A stretch of DNA of 64,000 nt. Source: Eledone cirrhosa. Lineage: Eukaryota. Location: contig OZ024750.1 in the NCBI GenBank assembly GCA_964016885.1, forward strand, positions 6,944,001 to 7,008,000, read 5' to 3'. The stretch's first letter is position 1. Each line of letters opens with the position of its first letter. Both the position numbers and the translations under genes were made by a program. This document shows, in pieces, positions 14,325 through 25,400 of this stretch. Below the pieces are notes generated by a model. The model saw only the letters and a list, made by a program, of their open reading frames with translations. It was not told the DNA's origin and did no database searches.

Positions 14325-14897
14325 ATAGTGGTGGTAGTGGTACTGTAGTGGTGGTGGTAGTGGTACTGTAGTGGTGGTGGTGGTAGTGGTACTGTAGTGG
14401 TGGTGGTAGTGGTACTGTAGTGGTGGTGGTGGTAGTGGTACTGTAGTGGTGGTGGTAGTGGTACTGTAGTGGTGGTGGTAGTGGTACTGTAGTGGTGGTG
14501 GTGGTAGTGGTACTGTAGTGGTGGTGGTAGTGGTACTGTAGTGGTGGTAGTGGTACTGTAGTGGTGGTGGTAGTGGTACTGTAATGGTAGTGGTACTGTA
14601 ATGGTAGTGGTGGCAGTGGTACTGTAATGGTAGTGGTGGTAGTGGTACTGTAATGGTAGTGGTGGTAGTGGTACTGTAATGGTAGTGGTGGTAGTGGTAC
14701 TGTGGTGGTGGTGGTGGTACTGTAGTGGTGGTGGTAGTGGTACTGTAATGGTAGTAGTGGTACTGTAGTGGTGGTGGTAGTGGTACTGTAATGGTAGTGG
14801 TGGTAGTGGTACTGTAGTGGTACTGTAATGGTAGTGGTGGTAGTGGTACTGTGGTGGTGGTGGTGGTAGTGGTACTGTAGTGGTGGTGGTGGTGGTG
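14325..14897. repeat. (GTG/GTA)n-based minisatellite
   Basis: gtagtggtactgtagtggtggtg units. Confidence 0.9.
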
Positions 14898-15060
14898 TGT
14901 TGCAGCTAGAGAGAGACATGTGACAATCTTGATATAATGGTGGTGCTATGACGGTATGTTGCAGCGAAAGAGATGTGACAAGCTTGTGATGGAATAGTGG
15001 TGGTGGTGGTGGTGGTGGTGGTATGTTGCAGCTAAAGAGACATGGTGGGGGGGGGGGGTG

Positions 15061-15228
15061 ATGAAATCGACTCCACTGCATTACTAGAACTTTATTTTAT
15101 CGACACACTTATAATGTTGAAAGAAAAAGGTAACCTTGGTGGAATTTGAACTCAGAACGTAAAGGGCCATAACTCTATGCCACAAAGCATGTTGTCCGAC
15201 GCTCTACCAATACTGCTAATTCACCGTC
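15061..15228 (-). mobile_element. tRNA-derived SINE family 1
   Basis: ttttatcgac...ggaatttgaactcag...aaagcatg homologous to the 57333-57513 copy. Confidence 0.75.
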
Positions 15229-15264
15229 AGTATTAGTTGGTGCATGGAAGACCAATGGCTGCAC

Positions 15265-17182
15265 AGGTATAGACATGTAATACATGATATATTGTGTATA
15301 GTATAGACATGTTATATTGGTCGTGTGATATTAATATATATTCTATATCTATCTAGACATGTGATATAGTGTATAGTAGAGGTGTAATGTATATTGTGTG
15401 TAGTACAGACATGTGATATTAACAGGTATTTTATATCTATATAGATATGTAATGTATATTGTATATAGTCCAGGCATGTGATATCACTCGTGTGATATCA
15501 GATATTCTATATCTATACAGACGTATGATGTGCATTGTGTATAGAACTACGTGATATTGATATATATTCTATATCTATATAGGTATGTAATGTATATCGT
15601 ATATAGTACAGTACATGTGATATAAACAGATATTCTATATCTATATTGATGTGTTGTATGTTGTATATAGTACAGAGGTATAATATGACCAGATAGTTAT
15701 CTCTATACAATCATGTGATATGAATATATATTCTATATCTATTTAGGTATGTATTGTATATTGTACTGACATGTGATATGAATATATATTTTATATCTAT
15801 CCATCATGTCATATTAAGTTATTTTATATCTATATAGACTGGATGTATATTGTATATAGTATAGAGGTGTGATATCAGTCATGTGATATTAAGTTATTTT
15901 ATATCTATATAGACTTGATGTATATTGTATATAGTATAGAGTATAGAGTGATATCAAACATGTAATATAAAGTTATTTTATATCCTTTAGACATGTGATA
16001 TATATTATATATAGTACAGACAGACATGTGATATGATATATCTATATAGACATGTGATGTATATTGTACCTTGTACTGGTGTGATATTAAGTTAATTAAT
16101 ATCTATATAGATATGTGATATATATAGTGTATAGTATAGACATGTGATATAAACATGTTATATCTATATAACATATAGATATATATTATATATAGTACAG
16201 TACATATATAACATGTGATATATATTATATATAGTACAGTACATATATAATATGTGATATATATTATATATAGTACAGTACATATATAATATGTGATATA
16301 TATTATATATAGTACAGTACATATATAATATGTGATATATATTATATATAGTACAGTACAGATATAACATGTGATATATATTATATATAGTACAGTACAT
16401 ATATAACATGTGATATATATTATATATAGTACAGTACATATATAACATGTGATATATATTATATATAGTACAGTACATATATAATATGTGATATATATTA
16501 TATATAGTACAGTACATATATAACATGTGATATATATTATATATAGTACAGTACATATATAACATGTGATATATATTATATATAGTACAGTACATATATA
16601 ACATGTGATATATATTATATATAGTACAGTACATATATAACATGTGATATATATTATATATAGTACAGTACAGATATAACATGTGATATATATTATATAT
16701 AGTACAGTACATATATAACATGTGATATATATTATATATAGTACAGTACATATATAACATGTGATATATATTATATATAGTACAGTACATATATAACATG
16801 TGATATATATTATATAGTACAGTACATATATAACATGTGATATATATTATATATAGTACAGTACATATATAACATGTGATATATATTATATATAGTACAG
16901 TACAGATATAACATGTGATATATATTATATATAGTACAGTACAGATATAACATGTGATATATATTATATATAGTACAGTACAGATATAACATGTGATATA
17001 TATTATATATAGTACAGTACATATATAACATGTGATATATATTATATATAGTACAGTACATATATAACATGTGATATATATTATATATAGTACAGTACAG
17101 ATATAACATGTGATATATATTATATATAGTACAGTACATATATAATATGTGATATATATTATATATAGTACAGTACAGATAT
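15265..17182. repeat. AT-rich satellite: diverged in 15265-16160, homogeneous 39-bp array in 16164-17182
   Basis: Unit taacatgtgatatatattatatatagtacagtacatata. Confidence 0.95.
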
Positions 17183-18084
17183 AATTGTTTCTACTTTTGC
17201 CACAAGGCCAGCAAATACCCAGTGTATTACTGGTACATATATAATGTACTGGATCAAGGGATGAGGAGGGGGAGTTTTGAGAATATGTCTGTCTGTTCAT
17301 GGCTGCTCGGTCACCGTTTAACTTCATTCAGCCCCATTACTTATTTATACTGGTGGCTAGCTGGGGCCATGCTGGAGCAACTCGTCTATTCTTCAATCTT
17401 TTTTGGGGGAGTCTTATTGTTATTGTCAGTATCATCATCATCATGTTCATCATCATTGTGGTCATTTTCATCATCAGTATGTCAGAGGGGGAGGGGTGGG
17501 TAATAGTAAGGTGTGTGTGTGTGTGGAGGGGTGTGTGTGTGTGGAGGGGTGTGTGTGTAGGGGGAGTGTGTGTTAGCAACCAACATAAATAACAGTACAT
17601 AATGACAGGGTAGTGAAGGGACTAGGGGGGGGGGGGGGGAACAGTAAGATATAACCCCACCACCACCACTACCTCCTCCATCCTCAAAGGGCCAAGTAGC
17701 TTGGGAGAAAGGATTAGAAGAGGGAGCGAGTAGGATAGTAAGATATAACCCCCACCATCACCACCACCAAGGGACCAGCAGCTTGGGAGAAAGGATTAAG
17801 GGGAAGCAGGGAGTGGGACAGTATAACCCCCACCACACACACCACCGCCATCCCACCACCACCACACACATCCCACCACCACCACCACCCTCATCCCCAC
17901 CACACCCTCATCACTATTCCAGGTTTTGTTTTGTTATTTGAAATAATTTTACTCCCATTTTTACGAGAACACCTGTTCCTACCCCCCCCCCCCCCCAGTG
18001 GCGGCCATGTCTATGTCTTGTTGTTGTTATCATCATCATCGTTATCACCTGTCAGTTTATATATATTGCTGAATTATATTTTAC

Positions 18085-18388
18085 TTGGTGTTCAAGTAGT
18101 GGTGGTGGTGGTGGTGGTGATAGTGGTGATAGCAGTAGTAGTAGTGGTAGTGGTGATAGCAGTAGTAGTAGTAGTAGTGGTGGTGATAGTGGTGGTGGTG
18201 ATAGTGGTGATAGTGGTGGTGGTGGTAGTAGTAGTGGTGATAGCAGTAGTGGTGGTGGTGGTGGTAGTAGTAGTAATAGTAGTGGTGGTGATAGTGGGAG
18301 TAGTAGTAATAGTAGTGGTGGTAGCAGTAGTAGTAGTTGTAGAGGTATTTGTTCAGCTTTTTATTCATAAAATGTCAGCAAGGCAGTC

Positions 18389-18447
<59 letters not shown>

Positions 18448-18450
18448 CTA
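18085..18450. repeat. (GTG/GTA)n and (CAA)n microsatellites
   Basis: Direct reading. Confidence 0.9.
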
Positions 18451-18545
18451 TCACAATTATTAATATTATAATAGCAGGTCTTACATGTTTCCTCAGTCAA
18501 CACTTCCTATTTTAGGGAGCACCTTTTATCAGCTGCCCTGCCTTT

Positions 18546-18990
18546 ACACCACCACCACCACATAGGCCACCACCACCACCACCACATAGGCCACCACCAC
18601 CACCACATAGACCCCCACCCCCACCACATAGGCCACCACCACCACCACCACATAGGCCACCACCACCACCACATAGACCCCCACCCCCACCACATAGGCC
18701 ACCACCACCACCACATAGGCCACCCCCACCACATAGGCCACCACCGCCACTCACCTCTTTCTCATAAACACACACACACACTTAACATTTCCTGCTGTAC
18801 CACCACCACCACCACCACCACCACCACCACCAACACCACCACCAACACCACCACCACCACCAACACCACCATGTAGGCCACCACCGCCACTCACCTCTTT
18901 CTCATAAACACACACACACACTTAACATTTCCTGCTGTACCACCACCACCACCACCACCACCACAACCACCACCACCACCACAACAACAT
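18546..18990. repeat. cacataggc(cac)n minisatellite plus a local duplication of about 140 bp
   Basis: Direct reading; 18735-18830 is repeated at 18875-18965. Confidence 0.85.
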
Positions 18991-19288
18991 CAACAACAAT
19001 AACTCTGCACTTATCTCCTCCTCCTCCTCTTCCTGCTCCTCCTGCCACCACCCTAAAACTAAACCTTAAGTCCCTGGCAGCTGATCACACATCATTTCTT
19101 CCTTCCACTACAACTGTAATGATATTGTGTGTCCTTTATACAATTGGAGCTGTGACCCCCCCCCCCCCCAACTGGGCCCTTCTCTCTCCTTTCTATCTCT
19201 GTATTACACTAACCCTTTCCCTTTCACACATACCCACATATACGTACACACACACACACACATACCCACATATACGTACACACATACC

Positions 19289-19347
<59 letters not shown>

Positions 19348-19429
19348 GTGTGTATAATGGTAGCTATGGCGCTTCCATAGGCGGTATGCCAAAATTAGCA
19401 CTCAATATTCATACAGAGCAGAGTGTGGA

Positions 19430-19683
19430 TAGTATAAAAAAAACGAAAAGTCAGTGATACATCTGGACTCCTCCAGATGTTTTTTTGAAGGCGTTTTTTG
19501 ACGATAACACCCCAGTGAGAAAATTTGCTCTGAACGAATTGCCTGTGTCCGAAGGAACCTGCAGCCGTAGAATCAGCCAGATCCATGCAGTGATCCTGTC
19601 TCGAGCTACCTGCCGGCAAAACAATTGTAACACGCAATAAACTGAGTCCAGATGCATCACTGATTTTTCGTTTTTTTATACTA
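19430..19683. mobile_element. MITE-like element with about 40-bp TIRs
   Basis: tagtataaaaaaaacgaaaagtcagtgatacatctggactc is inverted-complementary to gagtccagatgcatcactgatttttcgtttttttatacta. Confidence 0.7.
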
Positions 19684-19786
19684 TATATATATATATATAT
19701 ATATACGTTATTCCGGGTTGAATCGGAGGTAACCACAGTAAGTAAGGTACTCAATACATAGCAGAGTATAACAGTTTTAATATAGA

Positions 19787-19841
19787 TGAGATTCTACAGG
19801 ACTAGAACTGTTTCATTCATTAGAAATCATCAGGAATCTCA
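19787..19841 (-). ncRNA. Type I hammerhead ribozyme motif
   Basis: Minus strand reads UGAGAUUC-CUGAUGA-UUUC(UAAU)GAAU-GAAA-CAG(UUCUAGUC)CUG-UA-GAAUCUCA. All core nucleotides are present, helix I is 8 bp, helix III is CAG/CUG and the cleavage triplet is GUA. Helix II opens with a non-canonical U-U. Confidence 0.65.
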
Positions 19842-19898
19842 ATATATATATATATGTATGTATGTACCCTTGCTAGCAGGAAAAGCCTAAGTTAAATG

Positions 19899-19940
<42 letters not shown>

Positions 19941-20135
19941 GGAAAATGTTTAACCCCAACAGCAGAGCTCAAGCCGTTTCGACGGCTATTTCTAAACCAA
20001 AAATAGCCGTCGAAACGGCTTGAGCTCTGCCATCGGGGTTAAACATTTTTCTATTACCCATTCTACTACCCTAAGTATTGAGTACTCTGGTGCGTTATGG
20101 TCCATCTGGTTCCTTACCACACTTCCTTCGTTTTA
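19941..20135. mobile_element. (TA)n-embedded repeat with an inverted repeat of about 50-bp arms (putative Penelope-like inverted terminus)
   Basis: Arms at 19943-19991 and 20001-20049. The 3' part ctactaccctaagtattgagtactctggtgcgttatggtccatctggttccttaccaca recurs at 52210-52270. Confidence 0.55.
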
Positions 20136-20267
20136 TATATATATATAATCATATAATGTCTATTTAGTTTTATTTTAGATTCTTCTATACAGACAATTGG
20201 GGAGAATATAAACACACACACATAAATATACAGCCATATGCATATAAAATCATTCACCTACAATGAA

Positions 20268-20425
20268 TGTGGAGGCACGTGGTTTAGTGGTAAAATGTCA
20301 TGGATTCGATTCCTGGGTTGTGTTGTGTGTTCTTAAACAAAACATGGCTCCAATATAATCAGCTGGAGGTTTAAGCCTGTTATGGACTGGCATCCTGTCC
20401 AGGGGAGAGTCTTGTTCTCACAGTC
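20268..20425 (+). mobile_element. tRNA-derived SINE family 2, diverged
   Basis: ggcacgtggtttagtggt (A box) ... ttcgattcc (B box) ... tgtgttcttaaacaaaaca; homologous to 48866, 49275 and 58440. Confidence 0.6.
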
Positions 20426-20429
20426 ATGA

Positions 20430-20990
20430 TAATATGTATTATAAGTGGTCTTATATTCAACTATATTACAGTTAATATGTTGTTGTGGTCTTATATTCAA
20501 CTGTATTATGGTTAATATGTATTGTGATGGTCTTATATTCAACTATATTACAGTCTGTATGTTGTATTGGTCTTATATTCAACTATATTACAGTTAATAT
20601 ATATATTATAAGTGGTCTTTTATTCAACTATATTACAGTAATATGTATTGTAGTGGTCTTATATTCAACTATGTTACAGTTAATATATATATTATAAGTG
20701 GTCTTTTATTCAACTATATTACAGTAATATGTATTGTAGTGGTCTTATATTCAACTATGTTACAGTTAATATATATATTATAAGTGGTCTTATATTCAAC
20801 TATATTACAGTTTGTATGTTTTAGTGTTCTTATATTCCACTATATTACAGTTAATATATATTATAAGTGGTCTTATATTCAACTATATTACAGTTAATAT
20901 GTATTGTAGTGGCCTTATATTCAACTATGTTACAGTTAATATGTATTATAAGTGGTCTTATATTCAAGTATATTACAGGTAATATATTTG
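20430..20990. repeat. About 42-46-bp AT-rich minisatellite
   Basis: gtggtcttatattcaactatattacagttaatatgtatt units. Confidence 0.9.
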
Positions 20991-21208
20991 TGAATCCAAG
21001 TCTCTAACCACTAAGTCACACACCTTCACAGCCTCCACATTGTGGGATTGAACCTGGAACTTTAGGATTTCAGAGCAAACCTATTAACCAATTAGTCATG
21101 CTGCATCTACATTAGACTTAGACAAATTAAAAGACAGACTGTAGCAAGGTTTGAACATATAAATCATGGAGGTTAAAGCCTACTACCTTAACCTCACAGC
21201 CACTGAGC

Positions 21209-21243
<35 letters not shown>

Positions 21244-21699
21244 GTGTGTGTATCCCAGATGTGGGAAAAACCACAGACCCTCCATCTCAACTCTACTTTT
21301 GAAAAGCAGAAGAACTGCGAAACCGGTAAAGGAACCAAATAAATATATATATTTTTTTTAAATAAGACTCCAGTTGCATTTTTGATTTCATCTTTTTTTC
21401 TTTATACTTCCACTCGTGTAGGACACCTCAGTTATTTTTCATTTTGTAAAAAAACCTCACTTTCTAATATATATATATATATGGACCGAGACCTTTGGCG
21501 GTACTCAGTAATAGAGAAGACCCGCCTTACCTAAAATACAAAGTAAAACCTACTACAATCAGTAGGCATCTCTAACAAAACACACCCCCGTCCCACCACC
21601 CCCACCCGATCCACACCACCCCGTTCAATGTAAAGTTATGTTGGTGCCACAACATCCAGGCCGAAACAAATGAGATCGTGTAGGTGTCACGACAAAAAA

Positions 21700-21920
21700 A
21701 CACACAGTCCACGCTGTAATGTGGCCGTGTAGGCAACACGGTAAAAACCTCCCAGACCCACACTGTAAATGTGGTTGGTGTTAGGAAGGGCATCCAACTG
21801 TAGAAAACCCGCCAGACAGTCCTATGCGAGCAAGACAATCACTCTTGCCTCAAGTGGGAAAACCCCCGTCCAAACCCATGCGGGCGTGGAACACGGACGT
21901 TAAACGTTGATGATGATGAT
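21700..21920 (+). mobile_element. SINE-like repeat, family 3, with RTE-type (GAT)n tail
   Basis: cactgtaaatgtggttggtgttaggaagggcatcca...ggacgttaaacgttgatgatgat. Other copies at 37465 (-), 50030 and 59740. Confidence 0.65.
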
Positions 21921-21934
21921 ATGTGTGTGTGTGT

Positions 21935-22090
21935 ATCCCAGGTTCAATCGGGGGTAACCACAGTAAGTAAGGTACTTAATACATAGTAGAGTATATACAA
22001 TATTTAATATCGAAATGGCTTCTACAGGATTTCCCGATGATTTCCTTTGACTAAAACAGTTCTAGTCCTGTAGAAGCCATTTCTATATTA
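21935..22090. mobile_element. Second copy of the hammerhead-bearing repeat, with an internal inversion
   Basis: Shares taaccacagtaagtaaggtact..aatacatag with 19706-19840. Carries a degenerate hammerhead on + at 22031-22076. Confidence 0.6.
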
Positions 22091-22412
22091 TATAGTATAT
22101 ATACATAGATAGATAATCTCATTTCTTAGTAACCGTATAAGATATTAACATGTCTATGTAATTGATGTAAGCAATGAAAGTATTTATTCAGTGCTAAATA
22201 AACATTTTTTATTATTAGTAATGTGTTTTAATGAGGTATTCTTTTATTCTGAATTCATGAGTTAGTTGGTTTCAACATTGGGAAACATGATATAACTGTT
22301 TACCCGTCAAATATATAACATTCTGCAACTACTAACTACCAGCTTTTTAATCTAACTTTGCAATTTGTTTGTGGTAATTTATTAAGGTCAATAAAAAACA
22401 AAAATAAAAACA

Positions 22413-25400
22413 TTCATCCACCTTGAGAGACTGTCATCCACCCTGAGAGACTTTCATCCACCTTGAGAGACTTTCATCCACCTTGAGAGACTTTCATCCA
22501 CATTGAGAGACTTTCATCCACCTTGAGAGACTTTCATCCACCTTGAGAGACTGTCATCCACCCTGAGAGACTTTCATCCACATTGAGAGACTGTCATCCA
22601 CCTTGAGAGACTTTCATCCACCTTGAGAGACTGTCATCCACCCTGAGAGACTTTCATCCACATTGAGAGACTTTCATCCACATTGAGAGACTTTCATCCA
22701 CCCTGAGAGACTTTCATCCACATTGAGAGACTTTCATCCACCCTGAGAGACTTTCATCCACCTTGAGAGACTGTCATCCACCCTGAGAGACTTTCATCCA
22801 CATTGAGAGACTTTCATCCACCTTGAGAGACTGTCATCCACCCTGAGAGACTTTCATCCACATTGAGAGACTTTCATCCACATTGAGAGACTGTCATCCA
22901 CCTTGAGAGACTTTCATCCACATTGAGAGACTGTCATCCACCTTGAGAGACTTTCATCCACCTTGAGAGACTGTCATCCACCCTGAGAGACTTTCATCCA
23001 CATTGAGAGACTTTCATCCACATTGAGAGACTTTCATCCACCCTGAGAGACTTTCATCCACATTGAGAGACTTTCATCCACCCTGAGAGACTTTCATCCA
23101 CCTTGAGAGACTGTCATCCACCCTGAGAGACTTTCATCCACATTGAGAGACTTTCATCCACATTGAGAGACTTTCATCCACCTTGAGAGACTTTCATCCA
23201 CATTGAGAGACTTTCATCCACATTGAGAGACTTTCATCCACCCTGAGAGACTTTCATCCACATTGAGAGACTTTCATCCACCTTGAGAGACTTTCATCCA
23301 CCTTGAGAGACTGTCATCCACCCTGAGAGACTTTCATCCACATTGAGAGACTTTCATCCACATTGAGAGACTTTCATCCACCTTGAGAGACTTTCATCCA
23401 CCCTGAGAGACTTTCATCCACCTTGAGAGACTTTCATCCACCTTGAGAGACTTTCATCCACCTTGAGAGACTGTCATCCACCCTGAGAGACTTTCATCCA
23501 CATTGAGAGACTTTCATCCACATTGAGAGACTTTCATCCACCTTGAGAGACTTTCATCCACCTTGAGAGACTGTCATCCACCCTGAGAGACTTTCATCCA
23601 CATTGAGAGACTTTCATCCACATTGAGAGACTTTCATCCACATTGAGAGACTTTCATCCACCTTGAGAGACTTTCATCCACCTTGAGAGACTGTCATCCA
23701 CCCTGAGAGACTTTCATCCACATTGAGAGACTTTCATCCACATTGAGAGACTTTCATCCACCTTGAGAGACTTTCATCCACATTGAGAGACTTTCATCCA
23801 CCTTGAGAGACTTTCATCCACCTTGAGAGACTTTCATCCACATTGAGAGACTTTCATCCACATTGAGAGACTTTCATCCACATTGAGAGACTTTCATCCA
23901 CCTTGAGAGACTTTCATCCACCTTGAGAGACTGTCATCCACCCTGAGAGACTTTCATCCACATTGAGAGACTTTCATCCACATTGAGAGACTGTCATCCA
24001 CCCTGAGAGACTTTCATCCACATTGAGAGACTTTCATCCACCTTGAGAGACTGTCATCCACCCTGAGAGACTTTCATCCACATTGAGAGACTTTCATCCA
24101 CCTTGAGAGACTGTCATCCACCCTGAGAGACTTTCATCCACATTGAGAGACTTTCATCCACATTGAGAGACTGTCATCCACCCTGAGAGACTTTCATCCA
24201 CCTTGAGAGACTTTCATCCACCCTGAGAGACTTTCATCCACATTGAGAGACTTTCATCCACCCTGAGAGACTTTCATCCACCTTGAGAGACTGTCATCCA
24301 CCCTGAGAGACTTTCATCCACATTGAGAGACTTTCATCCACATTGAGAGACTTTCATCCACCTTGAGAGACTGTCATCCACCCTGAGAGACTTTCATCCA
24401 CATTGAGAGACTTTCATCCACCTTGAGAGACTGTCATCCACCCTGAGAGACTTTCATCCACATTGAGAGACTTTCATCTACATTGAGAGACTTTCATCCA
24501 CATTGAGAGACTTTCATCCACATTGAGAGACTTTCATCCACATTGAGAGACTTTCATCCACCCTGAGAGACTTTCATCCACCTTGAGAGACTGTCATCCA
24601 CCCTGAGAGACTTTCATCCACATTGAGAGACTTTCATCCACATTGAGAGACTTTCATCCACCTTGAGAGACTGTCATCCACCCTGAGAGACTTTCATCCA
24701 CATTGAGAGACTTTCATCCACATTGAGAGACTGTCATCCACCCTGAGAGACTTTCATCCACCTTGAGAGACTTTCATCCACCCTGAGAGACTTTCATCCA
24801 CATTGAGAGACTTTCATCCACCCTGAGAGACTTTCATCCACCTTGAGAGACTTTCATCCACCCTGAGAGACTTTCATCCACATTGAGAGACTTTCATCCA
24901 CCCTGAGAGACTTTCATCCACCTTGAGAGACTTTCATCCACCCTGAGAGACTTTCATCCACATTGAGAGACTTTCATCCACCCTGAGAGACTTTCATCCA
25001 CATTGAGAGACTGTCATCCACCCTGAGAGACTTTCATCCACCTTGAGAGACTGTCATCCACCCTGAGAGACTTTCATCCACATTGAGAGACTTTCATCCA
25101 CATTGAGAGACTTTCATCCACCTTGAGAGACTTTCATCCACCTTGAGAGACTGTCATCCACCCTGAGAGACTTTCATCCACATTGAGAGACTTTCATCCA
25201 CATTGAGAGACTTTCATCCACCTTGAGAGACTGTCATCCACCCTGAGAGACTTTCATCCACATTGAGAGACTTTCATCCACATTGAGAGACTTTCATCCA
25301 CCCTGAGAGACTTTCATCCACCCTGAGAGACTGTCATCCACCCTGAGAGACTTTCATCCACCCTGAGAGACCTTCATCCACATTGAGAGACTGTCATCCA

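Noticed and set aside
358-18781. Many poly-His, poly-Thr, poly-Val and Cys/Tyr-rich ORFs
   Set aside because: They are translations of micro- and minisatellites, open in several frames, with no splice or homology support.
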